From: a virus
Taxonomy: Duplodnaviria > Caudoviricetes
Virus record (IMG/VR): IMGVR_UViG_3300043414_001004
Span: 1-50,842 of that record
Direction: 5' to 3' (one strand)
DNA: 50,842 nucleotides
Shown here in pieces: positions 37,768 through 45,949 of the stretch; within the stretch, counting starts at the first letter, position 1, and each line of letters begins with the position of its first letter. The translations under genes were made by a program, and so were the position numbers. The notes beneath the pieces were generated by a model. That model was not told the origin of the DNA. It was given only the letters and a program-made list of their open reading frames with translations, and did no database searches.

Positions 37768-38225
37768 GCTGCCACCCTGGAAGCCAGGACCGGGTCGGGG
37801 GCCCAGGTGTCGGGCTCGTCCAGGGTCCAGGGCGCGGACTCGTACCCTAACAGCTGGCGACGGGTATCGAAGGCCGCGCTATAAGGGTCGGCCACGTCAA
37901 CAGCCGCGCGACGGATATCGAGCAGGTAGCGCGACGCGTCGGAGTCATCCCAGCCGGTCCAGTCGCTGGCCTGGTAGTCCAGGCAGTCGCAAGCCTTAAC
38001 GATGGCCACCGGTGCCAGGTCGACACCGGCCGAACGGTCCAGGCCGCCAAAGGGGGCCGCGTCGGAATCGTAGCGGCCCGCGTAGCGCTGCGAGTATGCG
38101 CGACGGTTTGCGCTGGCCAGCATGTGGGCGACGGTGTCGGCCGGTGCGTCCAGGTCCAGGCCATGGCGGATAGCCCAGGCCACAAGGGCGGACACGTGGT
38201 AATCGGGAACAATGAAACATGACAT
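37764..38225 (-). CDS. hypothetical early protein
   Basis: MSCFIVPDYH...N..AY..RY...KACDCLDYQA; own promoter and RBS. Confidence 0.7.
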   Translation of the reverse strand: MSCFIVPDYHVSALVAWAIRHGLDLDAPADTVAHMLASANRRAYSQRYAGRYDSDAAPFGGLDRSAGVDLAPVAIVKACDCLDYQASDWTGWDDSDASRYLLDIRRAAVDVADPYSAAFDTRRQLLGYESAPWTLDEPDTWAPDPVLASRVAA

Positions 38226-38276
38226 AAAAATTCTCGCTTTCTAGGTTGACGCCGGGCAGGCTTGCCCAACGGTTTT

Positions 38277-38306
38277 ATTTTAGTCTAAAAAATCAACTCA
38301 GGTCAA
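38277..38306 (-). promoter_or_regulatory. early sigma70 promoter
   Basis: TTGACC-18 bp-TAAAAT. Confidence 0.65.
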
Positions 38307-38312
38307 CAGACG

Positions 38313-38338
38313 AAAAAAAGCCCGCCAGGTGGCGGGCT
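38313..38338 (-). terminator. rho-independent terminator
   Basis: AGCCCGCCA/TGGCGGGCT plus T run. Confidence 0.8.
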
Positions 38339-38358
38339 CGGTGACCAGGTCGGCCAGG

Positions 38359-38574
38359 TCAACGCATGCGGAATTCGTTCGCCAGGTCCTGGCCGCCATT
38401 ACGGCCAATCCACCCGTGACCGGTCAAACCGTACGGCCCGCGCTCAATCGTGATTTGATTCTCTCCCCAGGTTAGCTGCACCCAGGTTTCCCCGTCGTTT
38501 AAGGCCTTGCGAATAGCGGCGCGCAGAGTAACGACGCTCGGCTTGTTTGTGTATTCAATCGCGCGCATGATCAA
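38359..38574 (-). CDS. hypothetical early protein
   Basis: 71 aa, coupled to the DUF932 gene. Confidence 0.6.
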   Translation of the reverse strand: MIMRAIEYTNKPSVVTLRAAIRKALNDGETWVQLTWGENQITIERGPYGLTGHGWIGRNGGQDLANEFRMR

Positions 38575-39584
38575 GCCCCCACGGCCAGCAGCTCGGCCGC
38601 GCGCGCTTTAAGCGCTGCACCTGCACCAAACCACGCGGACTCCATGCGGGTATTATTCGAGCGGCCGCGCTCATGATCGACCAGCTCGGTCACCGCGTTA
38701 AGCATGGCCCAGCGAGTACCGGCCACGCCCGCCAGGTCGGACCCGATGGCCTGGCCGTTGAATAATTGCATGATGCGGACATAAGCTTTTGACTCGACCA
38801 CCGGGCGCGCGCTTGTGTGATAAGGGCGCAGCAGCTCGGCCACAAAATCGTCGGCCTGAGCCTGGCCCATGGGCGACGCGGCCAGCTGGCGCGATTGCAC
38901 TAGAAAACCCTCCCAGGCGTTCGCCACGATGCCCAGCTGCAAGCGGACCGACTCAGGGTTGAAGCGCTCAGAGTGCAGCACGCGGACCGCGCTTTTCAAA
39001 TATCCCAGGCTTTGCTCGCCCTCACCACGGACCACGCGGCCGCCACTATATCCGCCGACAGCGGCCGTTATGGTGTTATTGCAGACCACGCGAATAGCCG
39101 TAAATTTTGCGACGGTTGCCATGGTGCCATCGTACGATGTGCCCAGCAGTAAATAAGGCTTGACCAGGTCACGCTCGACCACGGGCGCAGCGTCGCCGAC
39201 GCTGGCCAGGGCCCAAACCCGGCGGCCGTCGCTCAGGGCCCCGGCGGTTTCAAGCTCAAACCCGCCCAGCTCGACCAGCTCGCGGAAAAAATCCATCACC
39301 TGGCCAGGCTGAACAACGTTATAAGAGTCAGACACCACTGCCAGGGGCGCGCCAGTGTCAGACCGGTGCAGCACCTTGCGTGCTGGCCAGGTTTGCGCCT
39401 CGGTAGCGGCCGGGCTTGTGTACTGCACGGGGCTTTCAAGCACGTCATAAGCCAGACCGGCCTCGAGTGTCCAGCGGTCGATACTCGCGCCAGGTGTCAG
39501 GGCCTGGCCCAGGCCGTGCCAGGGAGTTTGCCCGGTGTATGCCATGGCGGCGCGGCCGGTGGTGGTGTCGATCATATGAGCCAT
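38571..39584 (-). CDS. DUF932 / TIGR03299 phage-plasmid protein
   Basis: MAH...MAY.G.TPWHGLG, FELETAG.L..GR.VW.LA, YDGT.AT...T.IRVVC.NT, GTRWAMLNAVTE..DH. Confidence 0.88.
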   Translation of the reverse strand: MAHMIDTTTGRAAMAYTGQTPWHGLGQALTPGASIDRWTLEAGLAYDVLESPVQYTSPAATEAQTWPARKVLHRSDTGAPLAVVSDSYNVVQPGQVMDFFRELVELGGFELETAGALSDGRRVWALASVGDAAPVVERDLVKPYLLLGTSYDGTMATVAKFTAIRVVCNNTITAAVGGYSGGRVVRGEGEQSLGYLKSAVRVLHSERFNPESVRLQLGIVANAWEGFLVQSRQLAASPMGQAQADDFVAELLRPYHTSARPVVESKAYVRIMQLFNGQAIGSDLAGVAGTRWAMLNAVTELVDHERGRSNNTRMESAWFGAGAALKARAAELLAVGA

Positions 39585-39637
39585 GTTCTTTCTCGCTTTC
39601 TTTGGTTAAGTGCCGGGCGATGGTGCCCGGCGGTTGA

Positions 39638-39667
39638 ATTTTAAACTAATATTTTTCGGCTTGTCAA
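39638..39667 (-). promoter_or_regulatory. early sigma70 promoter
   Basis: TTGACA-18 bp-TAAAAT. Confidence 0.75.
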
Positions 39668-39682
39668 CAAGTCAACAAATAT

Positions 39683-40372
39683 TTATGCGGCCAGGCCCAG
39701 GTCGCCGACCACGTGGTGGCGCAGCAGCGAGCCAGGCGGCAGCGAGCGGGCGAAGCGCGCCAGGGCGGCCCCGTCGCTGGCGTCGCCGGTTTTGCGGGTT
39801 GACTCCCAGGCCAGGCGGACCGGGCCCCCGTTACCGTAGCACCCGCCCGGCTTGTCGTCACCGACCAGGGCAGCGCCAGTACCATGGGCAACAAAGACGA
39901 TTACATAATCACGGTCACCGCGTGCGCACAACGGGCGGCCGTTGCCACACTGGTCGCAGCTGAAATTGTCGGCCAGCTCGGCCGGGCATTGTACAAAGCG
40001 CACGCCGTCCAGGGTATAGGGCCAGGCTGTGCCGGTCGGGGCGGCCACGACGGCCGGGCGGCCGATAGCCACGGCGGCCAGGGCGTCGGCCATGGTGTCG
40101 CAGCTGGCATTGATAACAGTCTCGCCAGGCGCAGGCACTGGCAGCAGGTCGGCCGAAAAATGAGAGTAAGTCCAGGCCTGGCCATTGCGTGGCACGGCCT
40201 GGCGAACGGCCTGCAAATAATCCGCGTCGACCAGGTCGGCCGCGTGGTCGCCCTGAGGGTTAAGGGCGCACGATTTTGGGCAGGTGCCGAAAACGTTATG
40301 ACCACCGGCGCGATATGTCACCGCGATGGGGCCGGTTTTTTTGTTGCCTGAGTGCTTGACGGTTTTAAGCAT
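39683..40372 (-). CDS. Cys-rich gp88/DUF7227-like protein
   Basis: SGNKKTGPI.VT...TCP.SC, YSH, INASC, CPA...C..C....LCA...H. Confidence 0.6.
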   Translation of the reverse strand: MLKTVKHSGNKKTGPIAVTYRAGGHNVFGTCPKSCALNPQGDHAADLVDADYLQAVRQAVPRNGQAWTYSHFSADLLPVPAPGETVINASCDTMADALAAVAIGRPAVVAAPTGTAWPYTLDGVRFVQCPAELADNFSCDQCGNGRPLCARGDRDYVIVFVAHGTGAALVGDDKPGGCYGNGGPVRLAWESTRKTGDASDGAALARFARSLPPGSLLRHHVVGDLGLAA

Positions 40373-40424
40373 GTTCTTTCTCGCTTTCTAGGTTTGGGCC
40401 TGGCGGGTTGCTGGCCTGGGTTGA

Positions 40425-40452
40425 ATTCTAGTCTAATAAATCCACTTGTCAA
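40425..40452 (-). promoter_or_regulatory. early sigma70 promoter
   Basis: TTGACA-16 bp-TAGAAT. Confidence 0.7.
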
Positions 40453-40464
40453 CTGTCCACAAAT

Positions 40465-40489
40465 AAAAAACCCGGCGCAGGGCCGGGTT
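40465..40489 (-). terminator. rho-independent terminator
   Basis: ACCCGGC/GCCGGGT plus T6. Confidence 0.8.
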
Positions 40490-40509
40490 AACCAAGAAAG
40501 CGCGCCAGG

Positions 40510-40731
40510 TCAGGGTCGCCGGTCGGCCAGTGCCTGGTCGGCCTCGGCCGCGCATGCGTGCCAGGCAGTCCAGGTAATAACCCCCGCGTCGGCGTCGGCC
40601 GGTGTATCGGTGGCCAGGATTTTGGCGGAATAGTCGCGCAGGGCTTCAAGCAAAAAAGCCTGCATCAGGGGGCCAGTGCTGGCCTGGTCCATCAGGCGGA
40701 CCATAAAACGGGTGTTTGTTTCGCGTGTCAT
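40510..40731 (-). CDS. hypothetical early protein
   Basis: TNTRF...LM...GPLMQAFLLEALRDY. Confidence 0.6.
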   Translation of the reverse strand: MTRETNTRFMVRLMDQASTGPLMQAFLLEALRDYSAKILATDTPADADAGVITWTAWHACAAEADQALADRRP

Positions 40732-40741
40732 AGTGGTCACC

Positions 40742-41077
40742 TTAAAAGCTCAGGGTCGCGGGGTTATCCTCAAAAAATGTCCGGATCGCGCTGTCAATGT
40801 CCAGGTTTTGCGCCAGCTTGTCGGCGTCAAACTCGCCCGCCAGGTCGGCCAGGTCAACGTCGCCCGCAATGATGGTCAGCTGGCTGTCGGTCAGCTCGCC
40901 CGCCAGGTCGGCGAGGTTCAAGTGTTGGGCCAGGTCGGCCAGGTCAATGGCGGCGGTGATAACGGCCGCATCTTTTTCGGTGTACGCGCTGGCCATCTCT
41001 GAGCGAACCATCTCGGCCACCATGGGGCGCAGCTGCTGGGCGATGTCTTTAATCAGGGCTTCAATAATGTGTTGCAT
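40742..41077 (-). CDS. acidic repeat protein
   Basis: DLADLA repeats; 21 D/E versus 6 K/R by hand count. Confidence 0.65.
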   Translation of the reverse strand: MQHIIEALIKDIAQQLRPMVAEMVRSEMASAYTEKDAAVITAAIDLADLAQHLNLADLAGELTDSQLTIIAGDVDLADLAGEFDADKLAQNLDIDSAIRTFFEDNPATLSF

Positions 41078-41129
41078 GGCTTTCTCTCTTTCTAGGGTTG
41101 CGGCGTCGCGGTTTGCTTGGCCTGGTGTG

Positions 41130-41159
41130 ATTGTAAATCTACTTTTATCAACTTGTCAA
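41130..41159 (-). promoter_or_regulatory. early sigma70 promoter
   Basis: TTGACA-18 bp-TACAAT. Confidence 0.7.
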
Positions 41160-41299
41160 CTGTCCCCGCCAAATATTTTATGGAACACCCAAAAGCCCAG
41201 CAAGCGGGCGATCAAGCTCCGGCTTCGTGAGGTGTCGGGGGGCTTAGGTGGCGGTCGTCTTCGGGCACGTTCAAGCGCTCGACGGTCGGAGGGTCGCAT
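41156..41299 (-). CDS. small basic protein (47 aa)
   Basis: MRPSDRRALERARRR...; preceded by the same AGAAAGAGAGAA RBS as the other early genes. Confidence 0.5.
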   Translation of the reverse strand: MRPSDRRALERARRRPPPKPPDTSRSRSLIARLLGFWVFHKIFGGDS

Positions 41300-41368
41300 A
41301 ATTCTCTCTTTCTGTTTGTACCTGGTCGCCCAGGTGCTTGTAATCCTAGCACAACTATCACAAACAAC

Positions 41369-41788
41369 TCAACTATCCACCAAGTGTTTTCTAAGCTCGG
41401 CCCAGGATATGCCCGTCCATGGCCACCTGGCCAGCGCTGGGGTGGCGACGCCAGTATTTACCAGGTCAATCGCCTGTTCCCCACAGTACAGCAGCAACTC
41501 GGACTTACTGGCATGCCCCGCGCCTGGCGGGTAATACTGCACCAGGATGTAGGTCGGGCAGCGCAGGTCGGCGTGTTTGATGTGAAAGGCAACCTGGTGG
41601 GGCGACAGGTTGACCTTGCGTCCCCGTTTTACCACCTTGAGCTCTACCATCACGAACACCCCATGTGGAAATGCCATCAGCACGTCCGGGATGCCCAGGT
41701 TCACCCTGGACTCAATCCGGGTGAAATGGCAGTTTGGGATATTCTCGCGGACCCTGCTGTACAGGTTCGCTTCCGGTTTCAGGGCCAT
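41369..41788 (-). CDS. PD-(D/E)xK nuclease (VRR-NUC/Holliday junction resolvase-like)
   Basis: E...RIE...GIPDV...VELK...LSPHQ..FH. Confidence 0.8.
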   Translation of the reverse strand: MALKPEANLYSRVRENIPNCHFTRIESRVNLGIPDVLMAFPHGVFVMVELKVVKRGRKVNLSPHQVAFHIKHADLRCPTYILVQYYPPGAGHASKSELLLYCGEQAIDLVNTGVATPALARWPWTGISWAELRKHLVDS

Positions 41789-42386
41789 CGGGTTCTTCCT
41801 CGTCGGGTTCTTCGTCAATCTGCTTAGGGGTCACGTCCACAATGGGTCCGGCCTGGCCGCCGTACAGGCGTTTGATCTCGTCCAGCTTGCGCTGCACCTC
41901 TTCCTTGCTCATGGAATCAATGGTGCCGTGCCGAATTTCCTTGCGGTCAATGTAAATCGTGCCCAGGGCCTGGCCCCGTCGATACTCGGCCTGGACGGCC
42001 GCGCCATATGCGCCAGCGGTCAAAGCCTGGTCGCGGATGATCTGCAAATCTCGCATGTGCCGCTCGAACGTGGTGGCGTACTTTTCGCCAAGCTCCCGAC
42101 GTCGCTCCTGAATCGCTGCAACGATGTGCGGGCAAACTTCCGGGTCGGTCAGCTCACGTGCACGGTTTTTTGCCCAGGTCTCGCTGTAGCCTGCACGAAT
42201 CGCGGCCTCTTTCAAAGTCACATGGCCATCACCGGCCACAAACTCTTCGACGAATTTCCACTCTTGGGGCGACAACACCCTGGGCTTGTGGGGCTTGACC
42301 GGCCGAGTGATGCGCTCCTCCACAACAGCAGGACGGCCGCCCAACTTTTTACCGGCCAAGAACTTCTCGTCCTTGCCGCCGCTCAT
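41712..42386 (-). CDS. terS: terminase small subunit
   Basis: LSPQEWKFVEEF...EAAIRAGYS HTH; L..IRD.AL..GAY.AAV.AE..RG.A.G. Confidence 0.85.
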   Translation of the reverse strand: MSGGKDEKFLAGKKLGGRPAVVEERITRPVKPHKPRVLSPQEWKFVEEFVAGDGHVTLKEAAIRAGYSETWAKNRARELTDPEVCPHIVAAIQERRRELGEKYATTFERHMRDLQIIRDQALTAGAYGAAVQAEYRRGQALGTIYIDRKEIRHGTIDSMSKEEVQRKLDEIKRLYGGQAGPIVDVTPKQIDEEPDEEEPDGPETGSEPVQQGPREYPKLPFHPD

Positions 42387-42604
42387 CAGGCAACCCTCCA
42401 CAGCCGCCAGCCTTCGCCGTGCCGTCTACAGGTGAATCGGGTGCCAGGGTGGCGTCTCGAGTACATGTAGGCCGCACTGCGCAGATTTTTGATCCAGGTC
42501 TCGTCCAGCACCAAAAAGCTGTCGCCGATCTGCATGTCAGGGAATGGGTAGCGCTCGCGGGGGTCGACGCCACCGGGCAAAGGGATGTTCTTTTCGAGTT
42601 TCAT
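42386..42604 (-). CDS. small DNA-binding protein (DUF7303-like)
   Basis: EKNIPLP...YPF.DM.IGDSF...RF..R...G.R.WRV. Confidence 0.7.
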   Translation of the reverse strand: MKLEKNIPLPGGVDPRERYPFPDMQIGDSFLVLDETWIKNLRSAAYMYSRRHPGTRFTCRRHGEGWRLWRVA

Positions 42605-42669
42605 GGCTACATTGTGCAACAAGTCCACAGATAACGCAACCACAGGGCCAAAAAGCCAAATTCAGGGTT

Positions 42670-42890
42670 CTAGTAGACTTTTTTTGATAGATGTATGTTT
42701 TTATTTTTCAAAAAAACGACCGCGCGCGCATTTTATGTGAATTACATCTCTTGACTATGTGTAATGTACCGTGTTCTCATAACCCATTGATTTCATTGAA
42801 CTATTACACCATTACGTCTATTACGTCTAATTTCAAAAAAAAAATAAAAAAAACACTCTTACCCTAAAAAAGTCTATGTAAAAGCGCAAA
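42670..42890. other. candidate replication origin (AT-rich imperfect inverted repeat with ATTAC repeats)
   Basis: TAGACTTTTTT...TGTTTTTATTTTT versus AAAATAAAAAAAACA...AAAAAAGTCTA; ATTACACC ATTACGTCT ATTACGTCT inside. Confidence 0.5.
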
Positions 42891-43007
42891 TTGGCGTAAG
42901 ACCCGTGGTCCGCGCACCTTTTCCCTAGGGTAAACCCCCATAAACCATGCAAAAGGGCCCGTGATCCATGAACCACGAGCCCTCGCTCTATCCGCATGCT
43001 CCGCGTA

Positions 43008-43253
43008 CTACTGCACGCCCATGCTGCTGCTAAATCCCCCATCCAGCAACTTGGCCGCTAGGTGGGCGGGAATGAGCTCTCCGAACTCAATTTCCTGAAT
43101 TGTGCCAACGTGGATGCCTGCCCCGGGCACGTGAAGCACGGGCCCTATGCAGATGACCTTATGGCCGTCGATGGTGAGGCAGACGGCTTGAACCATGTGC
43201 ACTGTGTTGGCCAACTCTTTCAGCAGGCCAGTTTCAAGCTTTTCGATGCTCAT
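43008..43253 (-). CDS. hypothetical protein
   Basis: 81 aa, ATGA-coupled chain. Confidence 0.55.
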   Translation of the reverse strand: MSIEKLETGLLKELANTVHMVQAVCLTIDGHKVICIGPVLHVPGAGIHVGTIQEIEFGELIPAHLAAKLLDGGFSSSMGVQ

Positions 43254-43477
43254 GGGGTGCGAGGAACCCAGCCCACGCCAAGTCCCCCGTCCTTGATGCC
43301 CAAGTCCAGGGAGAGTTTCTCGACCTCGTCCTTGTGTTTCTTGACATCTGCGGCCAAGGCCTCGAGAAGGTCGTTTTGTACTTCGATTCTTCTGCGCAAG
43401 CTCTGGACATACTCGATGGTTTCCACGCAGGTGATCGGCTGTGGGGGATTTTCTGTGGAGAAGATCGCGGGTCTCAT
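43250..43477 (-). CDS. hypothetical coiled-coil protein
   Basis: 75 aa, GAAAGG RBS. Confidence 0.55.
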   Translation of the reverse strand: MRPAIFSTENPPQPITCVETIEYVQSLRRRIEVQNDLLEALAADVKKHKDEVEKLSLDLGIKDGGLGVGWVPRTP

Positions 43478-43701
43478 AATTTTCCTTTCGGGAGTTCGTG
43501 TTTATTCTTGGTGGGCTTGACTGTCGGCTGAGCCCGGCTGTGGACGCTGAACTGCTTGTAGGCCACCAGATTTTCCTCTGGGCTCAGGTGAGCATAGGTC
43601 TGTGGGGCTTTTGGCCGAAAGGCGACGTCCGTGGCAAAGATACTGGGCCGTGGGTCGCGGGCCCAGTGAAATGGTGAGTAGGGGTGGCAATTGCACTTCA
43701 T
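43474..43701 (-). CDS. hypothetical protein
   Basis: MKCNCHP.SPF.W, coupled to neighbours. Confidence 0.55.
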   Translation of the reverse strand: MKCNCHPYSPFHWARDPRPSIFATDVAFRPKAPQTYAHLSPEENLVAYKQFSVHSRAQPTVKPTKNKHELPKGKL

Positions 43702-43796
43702 AAAAAACTCCAGACAAATTTAATGAGCAGCATCAAAAGACCCAGGCTGATGATGGCCGAGGTGACAAACATTGCAATGAGGGCGATGAGTTTCAT
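43698..43796 (-). CDS. small TM peptide
   Basis: MKLIALIAMFV..., GGAGAGG RBS. Confidence 0.45.
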   Translation of the reverse strand: MKLIALIAMFVTSAIISLGLLMLLIKFVWSFL

Positions 43797-44017
43797 GTCC
43801 TCTCCTTCGTAAAGGCGTCCAGCAGCGGCGTGCCGTAGGTGTACTTCTCCTCCGACGTCTTCTCCTGCGGGGCGTCCAACAAGATGCGCTCCAGAACTTC
43901 CATTGACCGGGTGAGGTCTTCGTGGACGTAATCGGGCAGTCGTGCTTGCTGGCTCATGGCCCACGACTCCAGTGCGGACAGCAGCTTGATTGCGGCGAGT
44001 GCTTCTTCTTTGGTCAT
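43793..44017 (-). CDS. hypothetical protein
   Basis: MTKEEALAAIKLLSALESW. Confidence 0.6.
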   Translation of the reverse strand: MTKEEALAAIKLLSALESWAMSQQARLPDYVHEDLTRSMEVLERILLDAPQEKTSEEKYTYGTPLLDAFTKERT

Positions 44018-44217
44018 GCTTGCTTCTCCTTTTGTTTGGCTTCGTACCTGTCGGCCCAGTCGTTTATCTCAGTTACCATGAACCAAGCTCTTGGCTCTTT
44101 CAGTATTTCTTTGACCCTCTCCTCGTAGGGTTTCGGCCCAGTCTCTATGCCACAGCGCTGGCATTTCAGGGTATCTGTGTCGGCGCTGATGAAGTGCCAG
44201 TTGTGTTTGCAGGTCAT
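44014..44217 (-). CDS. small Zn-ribbon protein
   Basis: CKHNW...CQRCG. Confidence 0.55.
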   Translation of the reverse strand: MTCKHNWHFISADTDTLKCQRCGIETGPKPYEERVKEILKEPRAWFMVTEINDWADRYEAKQKEKQA

Positions 44218-44447
44218 AGCCCCATCCCCGTCAATGCTGCTTGCAGACCAGCCAAACCACCAACACGCTGGCCTTCAATGAATATCTGTGGCATCTGACG
44301 AACTTCGGGATACCGTTTCGTTAGCTCCAAGAAAACCGTAACGTCCTCAGCGTTTCGTTCCTCGAACCCAATTCCTTTGCTGTTCAGGATGTCTTTGGCG
44401 ACTTTGCAGTTGGGGCATTTTGATTGTGTATATACAACGATGTTCAT
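44214..44447 (-). CDS. glutaredoxin
   Basis: VYT...CPNC..AK...RQMPQIFIEG..VGG. Confidence 0.9.
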   Translation of the reverse strand: MNIVVYTQSKCPNCKVAKDILNSKGIGFEERNAEDVTVFLELTKRYPEVRQMPQIFIEGQRVGGLAGLQAALTGMGL

Positions 44448-44449
44448 TG

Positions 44450-44644
44450 TTACTTTCCTTTGGCAATAGCGGTATTGCCTTTTGTAATTGCTTGACCAAT
44501 ACACGAATCAACTGGTGCATCTGGAAAGCAAGCAACAAGCAAATCAACGCAGTTTTCTAACTCCTCAAGCATCGCTTGGTTTGCTTCGTGCAGGCGTTTG
44601 ATCTCAGCTTCCAAATATTGCGTCTTGCTTGTGTAAATATTCAT
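44450..44644 (-). CDS. hypothetical protein
   Basis: 64 aa, coupled to the upstream gene. Confidence 0.5.
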   Translation of the reverse strand: MNIYTSKTQYLEAEIKRLHEANQAMLEELENCVDLLVACFPDAPVDSCIGQAITKGNTAIAKGK

Positions 44645-45036
44645 TTGTTCTCCTTAATGCCGTGAGCACGTTCTGTTTCGCGTACCAGTGCAAGATAATC
44701 AACATAGTGAATTCGTGTGCCAATAATGCTTTTCCTCCAGCAGTGGGCAATCCACTCTTCGCCAAGAGGCTCCTGCTGTGCTGGTGGGGATGTGTAGACG
44801 GCATTCCAACCGTAAAGTTTTGCTTCTGCTTCTGTGAATTCACTTACATCTACAAAGCATCGCGCTTGAGTCATCCACGCCACAGGCTCCTGCACAGGTG
44901 CTGCAAGGGCTTGCTTGATGGCGGTGATGGCTTTGTTGCACTCTTCAGTCATGGATGGCGACCAGCTTGGGCTGCTTGTGTATGTCGTAGCTTCTTCTAA
45001 CGCCTCCAGCGCCAGCTTCAATGCGTCGTCTTTCAT
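44641..45036 (-). CDS. hypothetical protein (ALKLALEALE / QEPVAW family)
   Basis: Modular motifs common in proteobacterial phage early regions. Confidence 0.6.
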   Translation of the reverse strand: MKDDALKLALEALEEATTYTSSPSWSPSMTEECNKAITAIKQALAAPVQEPVAWMTQARCFVDVSEFTEAEAKLYGWNAVYTSPPAQQEPLGEEWIAHCWRKSIIGTRIHYVDYLALVRETERAHGIKENK

Positions 45037-45263
45037 GTGTTCCCCCTTGCTCGGATGGCGGCGGCAATCTTCCACGCAGTCAAAGGATCGTCATGCTCCT
45101 CTTGTGGTTCACACACCTTTGCACACGCCTCACGCTCATCAGCACGGACAAGGGCTTCAAAGGCTTTGAGGGCTTTGTTGCTAACTTCCCAGATGTCCCA
45201 TAGTTCGGGGTTGTGCGATGGGTGAGCACCAGCTTCAAGGGCCATGTCTATCGTGTCTCTCAT
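45033..45263 (-). CDS. hypothetical protein (EREACAKVC...AIRARG family)
   Basis: Recognisable phage motif. Confidence 0.6.
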   Translation of the reverse strand: MRDTIDMALEAGAHPSHNPELWDIWEVSNKALKAFEALVRADEREACAKVCEPQEEHDDPLTAWKIAAAIRARGNT

Positions 45264-45399
45264 TTCTTCTCCCTCAAACAAGTGCAAGTGAACCCACTGC
45301 TGTCATAGCCAAGGCCGTGGCAGAACGGGCAATGCTCGTCGACCGTGACCGGTGGCGCAGGAGCAAACAAAGCTTTGAAAAATTCAAGAAGAGCGCTGA

Positions 45400-45735
45400 T
45401 CAAAATCGTTCTCCGCAAAACTTGTCGATGACCGTGGCCAGCTCTTCGAGGGAGTAGTCCCCGCCTTCGCCGTTGGCCGACTCGATCCAGATCATTCCAG
45501 GCTGCAGGCTTGGCTGCATACGCCACCCACCCACCAGCACCTCGTAGTGCTTGCGGGCCTGGGCGTATCCGGTTGTGTGGCCCTGGTCATAAGCCACCTG
45601 GGCCTTGCACGCCTCTTCGATGGTCATGAGCGTGTGCTTCTGGCATTCTTCCCAGATGTACTGGGCGTTGTTTCTGCCAATCGTGCTTTGCTCTCGCGTG
45701 GTCAATTGGTCCCACCATTCAGGGAAGGTCATCAT
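45400..45735 (-). CDS. hypothetical protein
   Basis: 111 aa, GGAGG RBS. Confidence 0.55.
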   Translation of the reverse strand: MMTFPEWWDQLTTREQSTIGRNNAQYIWEECQKHTLMTIEEACKAQVAYDQGHTTGYAQARKHYEVLVGGWRMQPSLQPGMIWIESANGEGGDYSLEELATVIDKFCGERF

Positions 45736-45949
45736 CCACCTCCACGATGGCCATCAGCCGGTCCAGCTCCAGGACCACAAAGGCCTTGAACTGCTCTGGC
45801 TCCATGTCCGTCTGCTTACCCATCAGGGCCAACAGGATCATCATGACGTTCATGACAACGGGCGTCGCTGCACCTTCAATCAGCGGCCGCATGCTGTCGT
45901 ATAGCGCCTGCACGGCCAGGTTGTGCGCGTCGAGGATTTCGTCACTCAT
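45719..45949 (-). CDS. hypothetical protein
   Basis: MSDEILDAH, GGAGG RBS. Confidence 0.5.
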   Translation of the reverse strand: MSDEILDAHNLAVQALYDSMRPLIEGAATPVVMNVMMILLALMGKQTDMEPEQFKAFVVLELDRLMAIVEVDDDLP

